43,102 nt of DNA, taken from positions 1 to 43,102 of the forward strand of contig JAHFMN010000004.1 of the NCBI GenBank assembly GCA_023264445.1, given 5' to 3'. Numbering within the stretch: position 1 is the first letter of the stretch; every line of letters begins with the position of its first letter. This document shows positions 24,892 through 32,727 of the stretch, one piece after another. The notes under the pieces were generated by a model. The model had not been told where the DNA came from, ran no database searches, and saw only the letters and a program-made list of their open reading frames with translations. A program made the translations under genes and the position numbers. Origin of the DNA: Candidatus Kaiserbacteria bacterium. Lineage in GTDB: Bacteria; Patescibacteriota; Minisyncoccia; Phycocordibacterales; Phycocordibacteraceae.

Positions 24892-25743
24892 ATGCCTGCT
24901 GTGCGTTTGCTGGCAATATTCATCCTCTTCGCCTTCTCCGGCAATGAGGCCCTCGCACAACAACTCCCCATATGGGAACAAGTATGGATTCCAACAAAAG
25001 AAAAGGAATTGTTCGGTAGGGAAAGCGATGTTCGACTTGACGCGGCGCTCTACCAACCGCAAGGAACCGCCCCATACCCACTTGTCATTTGGAACCACGG
25101 ATCGACCGGTGGTGATGCGTCTTTCGCGAAGGTATCAGCGCGTGCACCGCACATCGCTACCTTCTTCCTCTCCCGAGGTTTCGCGATGCTCGTGCCGATG
25201 CGAAGAGGCCGAGGCTCCTCAGGAGGTTATGACGGAGAAACGGATGGGGGTTCCTGCGATTTCGGGCGGTCAATGGCCGGCATCGAGCGGGCTATGGCAG
25301 ACATTGATGCCGCGCTTGCATACGCGAAAACGAGAGAGAACCTCGATACCTCCCGCCTCGTCATTGGAGGGATTTCTCGAGGTGGACTGCTCTCAGTCGC
25401 ATACACAGCCCGGCGCCCGGAACTCCGTGTCCTCGCAGTAGTGAATTTTTCTGGGGGCTGGACGGGAGATCGCTGTGCAAGCGACACAAACGGCGCGCTG
25501 TTGCAGAGTGGTGGTGCGAAGAATGTGCCGATGATCTTCCTCTACGGGGGGCGCGATGCAACTTACTCGGACGAATCCATCAGGCGGTACGCTGCGGGCT
25601 TCGAGAAATCTGGGGGAATCTTAGAATTCCAGTTGATTAAGAACGAGCTTCGTAACGGCCACTTCTTGTCTTCTGAACCGAAACTCTGGTTACCGCTCAT
25701 CACTCCCTTTTTCGAAAAGCTCGGTTATCCACGAAAGTTCTGA
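24892..25743 (+). CDS. Secreted alpha/beta hydrolase (dienelactone hydrolase / S9 peptidase-like)
   Basis: Signal peptide, VIWNHGSTG, MRRGRGSSGG, nucleophile elbow GISRGG, GGRD and C-terminal GH. AAGGAGGT RBS. Confidence 0.88.
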   Translation: MPAVRLLAIFILFAFSGNEALAQQLPIWEQVWIPTKEKELFGRESDVRLDAALYQPQGTAPYPLVIWNHGSTGGDASFAKVSARAPHIATFFLSRGFAMLVPMRRGRGSSGGYDGETDGGSCDFGRSMAGIERAMADIDAALAYAKTRENLDTSRLVIGGISRGGLLSVAYTARRPELRVLAVVNFSGGWTGDRCASDTNGALLQSGGAKNVPMIFLYGGRDATYSDESIRRYAAGFEKSGGILEFQLIKNELRNGHFLSSEPKLWLPLITPFFEKLGYPRKF

Positions 25744-25765
25744 CCGGTCCAAGGATGCCGTTCAC

Positions 25766-25793
25766 AGCCGCTCCCCAGGGGCGGCTTTTTTAT
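25766..25793 (+). terminator. Rho-independent terminator
   Basis: agccgctcc-cca-ggggcggct followed by a T-run. Confidence 0.75.
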
Positions 25794-26902
25794 TTCTCTG
25801 AGAAATCTGATGATTTCCATCCAAGAGAGATGAGATACTTCTGGAAATCCAAATCTATTTGAGCCATCAAAACAAGAGATGATTTTGAAACGCTAAGTGC
25901 AGGATTACTGCGGGCGTTACGATAAAAACCAGGGATTGTTCTGGCAATTCCCGCTTCATTTCCGGCTTTAAAAGGGGCGAGGAGATTTTGTATATCTACT
26001 GCCCTTTTCTTCCCATACGCACTTGCCAGAAATGCGGCATAATTGAACGCATTGTAACTTCCCGGTCTGACCCCAATCAACGCATCGCGCTCCATCCCTT
26101 TCTGAAAATACGCTTCGGCATCCTCCATGGTGCCTATCCCAAGTGATGCGAGGCGCTGTAGAGCCATCCCCTCTCTCACGAGAACACTTGGTATGAAAAG
26201 AGCATCTACGGAATTATTCTCCATCCTTTTCAAATCAGAATCTGCCGCTTTCAGACTTTCTGAGATGCGTGCAAGATAGTCCTGTCCTTGCGGAGAGGTC
26301 GTTGCGCCACGCAGTGTCGTGATGAGTTCATTTGAGTATCCGTACGCAACGCGCGCTTCGCTCATTGCAAGCGGATATATGCTCGCTGCATACTCAAACA
26401 ACTTTGTATAGGCCAAGTTCACATTGCCGTCCTTCTTGAAAGAATCATAGGGTGAACCTTTAAATGTTTCTGCGAGAATCTTTTCTCGCACATCTTGCTC
26501 ATAATGAAGGTCACGCATTATACCGAGTTCCTGGACGGCATATGCTCGCAGTCCGTCGCGGTTAGAAGTGTCAGCAGCCACACTTTTATATTGAATGATT
26601 GCCTCCGTGTAGTTGCCAAGGAGTTGGTGCGCGGCCGCGATATCCAGCTGTATCTGGACCTTCTGTGCCTCATCAGATGCCTCCGTAAGTGACTTTTGAA
26701 AAGACTTCAATGCCAAATCATATTTACCTTGGTCAAAATAAGTCTGCGCCAAGGCATAGTCCTGATTCCTTGCCTTCAATACAGAAACCGGCGTTCTCGT
26801 CCCCGAGTATCCTGGGGTTTTTGAGGAATTGTACAAAAACCAGATAACAACAACAGCGAGAACTATTGCTAAGAGCAACAACCACCGGAGTACCTTATTC
26901 AT
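25790..26902 (-). CDS. Membrane-anchored TPR-like helical protein, probably co-transcribed with the RiPP precursor
   Basis: Start MNKVLRWLLLLAIV (TM), 14 nt after the precursor stop. TPR-like YALAQTYFDQGKYDLALKSFQKSL and IAAAHQLLGNYTEAIIQYKSV. Confidence 0.8.
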   Translation of the reverse strand: MNKVLRWLLLLAIVLAVVVIWFLYNSSKTPGYSGTRTPVSVLKARNQDYALAQTYFDQGKYDLALKSFQKSLTEASDEAQKVQIQLDIAAAHQLLGNYTEAIIQYKSVAADTSNRDGLRAYAVQELGIMRDLHYEQDVREKILAETFKGSPYDSFKKDGNVNLAYTKLFEYAASIYPLAMSEARVAYGYSNELITTLRGATTSPQGQDYLARISESLKAADSDLKRMENNSVDALFIPSVLVREGMALQRLASLGIGTMEDAEAYFQKGMERDALIGVRPGSYNAFNYAAFLASAYGKKRAVDIQNLLAPFKAGNEAGIARTIPGFYRNARSNPALSVSKSSLVLMAQIDLDFQKYLISLGWKSSDFSEK

Positions 26903-26916
26903 AGAGTCATTCTCAA

Positions 26917-27231
26917 TCACGCGAAACTGCAAGAGCTGCAAGAGCTGCAAGAGGCACCACCAGGACCAGCGGTACCGACGGAGCAACTAGAGCAACTGGT
27001 GCAACTGGTGCAACCTCCGGCGCAAGAGCCGGTTCCGCAGCCACCAGGAACATCGGCATGTGCGGTATTCTGTGTAAACAAATCTGCAGGCGAGGCACCA
27101 TTTCCTGAACCCCAGATTTTTGGAATGGTAGCAAAAAAGATGGCAAAAAAGCCGAATATGGCCGCAAAGGACCCCGACAGTCCCCGCAAGAATTTTCTTC
27201 CTTTACCGAAGGCGTACCGAGCCACAACCAT
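26917..27231 (-). CDS. Putative RiPP (azol(in)e-type) precursor: basic N-terminus, hydrophobic helix, AHA-D site, 45-aa Cys/Ser/Thr/Gly core
   Basis: MVVARYAFGKGRK...TAHA|DVPGGCGTGSCAGGCTSCTSCSSCSVGTAGPGGASCSSCSSCSFA. TG-G-TATACT 7 nt upstream; divergent from YcaO. Confidence 0.8.
   Translation of the reverse strand: MVVARYAFGKGRKFLRGLSGSFAAIFGFFAIFFATIPKIWGSGNGASPADLFTQNTAHADVPGGCGTGSCAGGCTSCTSCSSCSVGTAGPGGASCSSCSSCSFA
26927..27016. repeat. 9-bp tandem repeats encoding the Cys-x-x periodicity of the precursor core
   Basis: (ctgcaagag)x3 at 26927-26953; gagcaacta/gagcaactg/gtgcaactg/gtgcaacct at 26981-27016. Confidence 0.85.
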
Positions 27232-27313
27232 GCATGGAAGTATACCAAGCCACATTAAGTAGCGCGAAGGGAGTGTGGACAAGAAGTGGCATGGCGCTGG
27301 TATCATCAGACCC
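27232..27313. promoter_or_regulatory. Divergent promoter between the precursor and YcaO-1
   Basis: TGG-TATACT (-, 27239-27247) and TGG-TATCAT (+, 27298-27306), each 7 nt before an ATG. Confidence 0.6.
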
Positions 27314-28753
27314 ATGTTGAAAGAGGTCGCTCCATTTGAGCGTGTATGGCTTGCCTTGCATGGCTCATCTTACGTTGCGAAAGCTATTGTCTCATTCATA
27401 AAGTTCTTAGAACGGCATCTCGGCGCTGAATTCATATATGACCAAAAACATATTGGGTATCAATCCCTTGAATTGGCGAAATTATTTGAACTTGCCGAGA
27501 CACTCCGGACACGCGGCATTATTCAGTCATACGGGAAAAATGAAGATCTAAGCGATGAACCACGAATTGCGTTTTGGTATATTAAATATCTTGATAACAA
27601 AAATGATGGGTCTGCTGGAGTATCCATGGATGATCATCCGCTGGCATTTACCAAGGCGCTTGCGGAGGCCATTGAACGACGTGTATGGACCCTGAACGAT
27701 CGGTTTGCGTCCCTGAAAATCGCCACAACTGCTGAAGCTGAGGGAAACAAAAAGTTTATATCTCCTCAACGCTTTGCCGGTTATAGTATTTCACAACGGG
27801 AAAAGGACCCATCTCTGACAATCAAGTCGACTGATTCATTTACTTGGGTTAAAGGCTACTCCTGGGTGGAAGAAAGACAGGTGTGGATTCCATTACAGAT
27901 TGTGAGCGTCAATGGAGGTCAAACTCAATCGAAAGAACCTCGTATTCGCGCAACAATAACAACTGGCATTGCGACACATCCACTTCGAATACGCGCCCTT
28001 CTTTCTGGCGCATTAGAAGTCATCGAACGTGATGCGTATATCATCACCTGGCTTAACCAGCTATCGCCGCCACGCATTGATATCGATGAATTATCAGAGA
28101 GGAGCAAATCACTCGCCCAACTCATTGCGCGATGCCGGCGCTATCGCCTTCTGCCTCATGTACTCCAGCTCCCCACCGATGCCCCGACGTATGCAGTCTG
28201 TGCCGTGATTGAGGACGCGACGGGAACGGCTCCTCGATTTTCCTTCGGCACCAAGGCAGATCGTGACCCAGCGGCTGCAGCAGAAGGAGCGCTCCTTGAG
28301 GCGCTCCGCACGCGTATAGGCACGCGGCGACAATTCATGTCAGATCATGATGATTGGGATCCGAATACACCCCTTACCGAAATTTCTGGCTATAAACGCA
28401 TGAGGTACTGGTCCGAGGGAGACCGTATGAATCATCTCTCCTTCCTTATCCAAGGGGAAATCCTTCCGCTTGTAAAAGAAGAGTGGGATTCCGACACTGA
28501 TGAGGAACACTTCTCAAGAATTATACGATGGTGTCGAAAACAAAAGTATGAGCTTGTGTCAGTGAGTTATACAGATGCCTTGGACAACTTACCCGGCTGG
28601 CACATAGAGTTCGTCGTCATTCCAGAACTTCAGCCCCTCCATTACAGTGAAAAACTATTGTGTCTTGGGGGAGAACGATTGAAGGAGATTCCGCGACAAT
28701 TTGGATACCCTGCGCGAGAACCTTATCTTAGTGATCCTCATCCTTTCGTATAA
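27314..28753 (+). CDS. YcaO-family protein 1 (azoline-forming cyclodehydratase type)
   Basis: KALAEAIERR, TTGIATH...SGALEVIERDA, EGALLEAL, C-terminal PHPFV. Start placed at MLKEVAPF. Confidence 0.92.
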   Translation: MLKEVAPFERVWLALHGSSYVAKAIVSFIKFLERHLGAEFIYDQKHIGYQSLELAKLFELAETLRTRGIIQSYGKNEDLSDEPRIAFWYIKYLDNKNDGSAGVSMDDHPLAFTKALAEAIERRVWTLNDRFASLKIATTAEAEGNKKFISPQRFAGYSISQREKDPSLTIKSTDSFTWVKGYSWVEERQVWIPLQIVSVNGGQTQSKEPRIRATITTGIATHPLRIRALLSGALEVIERDAYIITWLNQLSPPRIDIDELSERSKSLAQLIARCRRYRLLPHVLQLPTDAPTYAVCAVIEDATGTAPRFSFGTKADRDPAAAAEGALLEALRTRIGTRRQFMSDHDDWDPNTPLTEISGYKRMRYWSEGDRMNHLSFLIQGEILPLVKEEWDSDTDEEHFSRIIRWCRKQKYELVSVSYTDALDNLPGWHIEFVVIPELQPLHYSEKLLCLGGERLKEIPRQFGYPAREPYLSDPHPFV

Positions 28754-28755
28754 CT

Positions 28756-29484
28756 ATGAACGCCCTTTCGAGATTCATTGCACGCATTCATGCCTCTATA
28801 CGAGGAGTGGACATGGCGCCACACGGAGTACCTCTACGAGAAAAAGAAGTTCCTCGAGGTCTGCATAAAGAATATCCGCGCATGCCGCGCATTGAGCTTC
28901 CTGCACCAGAAACATTAACTCTTCCACTCAGTGAAGCACTGCACAACCGCGCATCATTCTCCGTGTGCGAAGATAGTCGACAGTTCTCATCGGGAGAATT
29001 AGGTTCGCTACTCGGAAATGCACTTGGCATGCGCACCGCTATGCGACGGCAGTACCCTTCGGGTGGAGGCCTTTTCCCGATCGAGACATATCTCATCGGG
29101 ACAGTGCTTGAAAGGTATCCATCCGGGGTATTTCACTATCATCCCAAGGCCCATGCACTCGAATTTTTATGGGAAACTTCCCCTTCATTTACTATGGCGG
29201 AAATCATCCGGGCTGGTGACACACCGTTCGCACCTATTCTTGTCATATTCACCAGCGTATGGAGCCGCTCCAGCGTAAAATACGCCGAGCTTGCATACGC
29301 GCATGGTCTCATTGAGGCCGGTCATATGGCCGAAAACATATTGCTCGCGGCAACTGCTCTCGGAATACATGCTCGGCCATTGGCCGGATTCTACGACGAA
29401 GCAGTCAGTACGCTGCTTGATCTTCCGAAGGATATAGAACAACCGGTATACGGCGTCCTTCTCTGTCCGTCGGCAATGCCTTGA
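28756..29484 (+). CDS. SagB/ThcOx-type FMN-dependent azoline dehydrogenase 1
   Basis: RRQYPSGGGLFPIETY, GVFHYHP..HAL, the Lys-Tyr pair in SVKYAE, IEAGHMAENI. Confidence 0.92.
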   Translation: MNALSRFIARIHASIRGVDMAPHGVPLREKEVPRGLHKEYPRMPRIELPAPETLTLPLSEALHNRASFSVCEDSRQFSSGELGSLLGNALGMRTAMRRQYPSGGGLFPIETYLIGTVLERYPSGVFHYHPKAHALEFLWETSPSFTMAEIIRAGDTPFAPILVIFTSVWSRSSVKYAELAYAHGLIEAGHMAENILLAATALGIHARPLAGFYDEAVSTLLDLPKDIEQPVYGVLLCPSAMP

Positions 29485-30275
29485 TGCTAGAATGCGTACC
29501 GTACATGGTTCCACGTCTTTCATATCTTATCTGTACCACTCCCCGATCAGGTAGCAATCTTCTCTGCACGACTCTCTGGCAAACCGGGATTGCGGGACGG
29601 CCACAGGAATACTTCATGCCAGGGCTCCGCGATGAATTCATCCGGTATGCCCAACTCGGTGTGAGTGAGCATCCGGATTATGTACGCGCCGTTATCCGCG
29701 CCTCGACCACTCCAAACGGTATCTTCGGAACAAGTGTACATGCTTTCCAAACTGCACTCGTCATGAAGCGGATACAGCATGCAGAAGGCAAGGAGTTTTT
29801 TTCATTTCGAGAAGCAGTAGAAACTGCATTTCCGAACATCAAGTACATCTTTTTAACACGAGTAGACAAGGTCGCACAGGCCGTTTCCTATTATCGGGCA
29901 GTCATGACCGGAGAATGGCGACGCTTCAGCGATGAACACATTCCCGAGTCTAATAAAACTATCAAGATGGACCACTATGGCATTAAAAAATGCCTTGAGT
30001 TGCTCGAACAATCGGATGCTTATTGGGAAAAATTCTTTGAGGAACACGAACTGTCCCCGTTGCGGATTACTTTTGAAGATCTCACACGGAAGTATGGAAA
30101 GACCGTTCAGAATATTCTCTCCTATCTTGAGCTTCCTGCCGTCCCTATACCCCCTCCGGCAACAAAGAAAATTTCAGACGAACGTTCCAAATCCTGGGAA
30201 GAAGAATTTATACAACTTGAAAAAAAGAACCCCATACACACCGAGCCGACTAACTACGCATGGGCACCGTTTTAA
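29484..30275 (+). CDS. Stf0-family PAPS-dependent sulfotransferase
   Basis: YLICTTPRSGSNLLC (5'-PSB loop), GRPQEYF, FLTRVDKVAQAVSY (3'-PB). ATG overlaps the SagB-1 TGA; alternative start 29505. Confidence 0.9.
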   Translation: MLECVPYMVPRLSYLICTTPRSGSNLLCTTLWQTGIAGRPQEYFMPGLRDEFIRYAQLGVSEHPDYVRAVIRASTTPNGIFGTSVHAFQTALVMKRIQHAEGKEFFSFREAVETAFPNIKYIFLTRVDKVAQAVSYYRAVMTGEWRRFSDEHIPESNKTIKMDHYGIKKCLELLEQSDAYWEKFFEEHELSPLRITFEDLTRKYGKTVQNILSYLELPAVPIPPPATKKISDERSKSWEEEFIQLEKKNPIHTEPTNYAWAPF

Positions 30276-30283
30276 TGGAGTAC

Positions 30284-31030
30284 TTATTTTGAAAGCATAA
30301 GCGCATACACGAGTGATTCCTGTGTGCCATCAATATCAAGAAGAGAATGGAGGGCTTCATCCTGCGTTCCTCCCATTCCGGTAACACCGACACCACACGG
30401 AGCTGCCGAAAGATACATCCCTTGCCCAATGTGCCCAGCTTCGAGCAATACGTAGCGGTACGCTCGCTCACCATATTTCATGGCCGTGCGGTTAAACACC
30501 GCAGTAACGAGTACCGCCATGGAACAATCCTTTGCCCACGGATAGGTGAACATCTGCAAAATGTCTTGGCTTGAAAAAGCACGGACGCGCAATACATTGA
30601 GTGCGTGTTCTTTGACATTGAAATGATATACACCCGGCGCGATTCCATTTTCTTTCTTAAGAGATAGCACATATACTTCAAGTGGAAACCGCATACCCCC
30701 AGAAGGTTGCGCTCGAAGTTTTACTCCACTTGTATGCCGCACGGTATCTTGAAGCCCGCAAGAATATTTCAGTATTGCTGAAAGATCGGCAATGGAAATC
30801 CCATGTTCATGTGCCCCATTCACTGATTTTCTATTGGCGACGATGTCAAAAAAATTTGTGGGTGGAGGCGCCGTTTTTGTGAGCGGTATTGTGCGGACCC
30901 CCGCATAGGATTTGTAATAAATTGTCTTCCATTCTTTCGGCCAATCTTCAGTTCGCTGGAATAAGCGAGAGTCAGTTCCTGCCGCATGATCGGCACTTCT
31001 TCTGTGGTATTGGTGAAAAAAAAATGGCAT
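30284..31030 (-). CDS. SagB/ThcOx-type FMN-dependent azoline dehydrogenase 2
   Basis: LRAQPSGGMRFPLEVY, GVYHFNVKEHAL, AMKYGERAYRY, LEAGHIGQ. Start MPFFFH chosen; 31084 is possible. Confidence 0.92.
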   Translation of the reverse strand: MPFFFHQYHRRSADHAAGTDSRLFQRTEDWPKEWKTIYYKSYAGVRTIPLTKTAPPPTNFFDIVANRKSVNGAHEHGISIADLSAILKYSCGLQDTVRHTSGVKLRAQPSGGMRFPLEVYVLSLKKENGIAPGVYHFNVKEHALNVLRVRAFSSQDILQMFTYPWAKDCSMAVLVTAVFNRTAMKYGERAYRYVLLEAGHIGQGMYLSAAPCGVGVTGMGGTQDEALHSLLDIDGTQESLVYALMLSK

Positions 31031-31046
31031 GGAAATGTGTCGGTTG

Positions 31047-32627
31047 CTACGGGAACGGGTGTGGAATGGGATTATACGCATCAATTGGTACCGCAGTGTA
31101 GCCTAGTTTCCCTGGAACCTCCCGCAAACGAACGCAATCAAGAAGAGCATCGCTCTCTCGTAAGTACAGAGGCATGAGGGCTGGAATAATAACTTTCACG
31201 ACATGGTAATTGAGATCCCCAAGAACGGGATTCGAAGCCTCATGACAAAACACCTCATATGCTCGACCGGATTCTTTTTCCATGCGAATGAACTCGCTCA
31301 AGACGCGCGTGAGTGCGGCTTTGTGATTACTTGGTATTGAAGGGAACCCGCTTGCCCACTGCTCGAATGAAATCTTTTCTCCTGAGAGGAAAAAAAGAAT
31401 TTTATTAGCTATTTTTCCCGATCTCCACAAGTTTACTCGCTCGTCTTTTCCGATGTTCCTGTCAGAAAATGCCGCGCGTTCCTCATCGAAAACAAACAGA
31501 GGGAGTTCCTTATACGGCGAACTTAGAAAGGCAATATGCTCAAGAAGAGCTCCTTCAAGAACATGATGAGGGTCCGGGTGGCACTTCCCTGTTACACTTA
31601 TAGATATTCTCCCGTCTGTAAGCGGGGTGCGAATAAGACATGTCGCTGATGGCACACGTATATCCGATGTCGTATCAAGAAAATATATCTCGTATCCACG
31701 ATCCAAAAGCGAACCATATATCTCAAGGAAACGCTGAGAAAGTTTCCCAGAGTTGTGCTGATCAATGCAAATCTGCCGGGGCGAAAGCCGATTAAGCCAG
31801 TAAATGAGGAATCCGTCGCGTTCAATGAGTTCACATATACCCGACAGAGCGGCTTCAGTTAAAGAAAATCCACCACCCGCACCATTTGTCGTCCTCGGCG
31901 AGAAGATATACGGATCAGGGCCATATGTTCCGCTGTATGGTAGCCCCCATTGAACATGCTGGAGCGGCAACGATATTTTCTTCCCCGTACTCAATGACTG
32001 CCCTTCAATGCAGTGGACGGGCGTATTTTTTATCTCCTTTTTTTTAAGTACTCCACTGGTCAGACCGTTCGGAACATATTTCTTCTGCCAATCAAAAAAA
32101 CGTGGAATTTCATGCAGGAGTGCGGGTGGAATTTTTGTATCCCCAAATGTTCTCCTGATAATCTTATTTTTCTGATTAAAAAATGGGGTAGCGAGGACAT
32201 GCCGCTCGAGAAGTTCACCTATGGACTTAGAGAGTGCTTCGGTAAATGAATGATACGAGGCTCCGCCTCCATACAGCGGGGTGTGTTGTGAATCTCGTAT
32301 ATGTTCTTCATTCCCATTGATACGAATATGGTGAGTCTTCGGCACTGTGTTGCGTATTAACGATGGAGTTGGCGTCATTCCATTCGATATTTTTTTCTTC
32401 GCTAAGTACACCAATACATCGCCAAATCGAGACCGCTCTATTTCTCGAGAAACGCCGACAGGAGTCGGGTCCGGCAGCTCCACTTTTCCAAAAAATCTTG
32501 CGGAAATTCGGGAACGGATGCGGGACCATGTTTCAACATTTCCATAACGACAATTCCCTTCGTTGCGCAGTTCATCGAACACCTTCCACGGTATATAGGG
32601 TTGATGAGTGAACTCCTCCTCGTACAT
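31047..32627 (-). CDS. YcaO-family protein 2 (azoline-forming cyclodehydratase type)
   Basis: KSIGELLERH, TTNGAGGG...SGICELIERDG, EGALLEH, C-terminal NPIPHPFP (PxPxP). Start MYEEEF after TG-T-TATATT and AAAGGT. Confidence 0.92.
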   Translation of the reverse strand: MYEEEFTHQPYIPWKVFDELRNEGNCRYGNVETWSRIRSRISARFFGKVELPDPTPVGVSREIERSRFGDVLVYLAKKKISNGMTPTPSLIRNTVPKTHHIRINGNEEHIRDSQHTPLYGGGASYHSFTEALSKSIGELLERHVLATPFFNQKNKIIRRTFGDTKIPPALLHEIPRFFDWQKKYVPNGLTSGVLKKKEIKNTPVHCIEGQSLSTGKKISLPLQHVQWGLPYSGTYGPDPYIFSPRTTNGAGGGFSLTEAALSGICELIERDGFLIYWLNRLSPRQICIDQHNSGKLSQRFLEIYGSLLDRGYEIYFLDTTSDIRVPSATCLIRTPLTDGRISISVTGKCHPDPHHVLEGALLEHIAFLSSPYKELPLFVFDEERAAFSDRNIGKDERVNLWRSGKIANKILFFLSGEKISFEQWASGFPSIPSNHKAALTRVLSEFIRMEKESGRAYEVFCHEASNPVLGDLNYHVVKVIIPALMPLYLRESDALLDCVRLREVPGKLGYTAVPIDAYNPIPHPFP

Positions 32628-32727
32628 ACCTTTATTGATGATAATATAACACGACCAGTCTTTTGAGACTTTAGGGGGTCCCTCGGGGCACAATCTCGCC
32701 CCGTCCGACCGATTGATGTTTCCTTAG

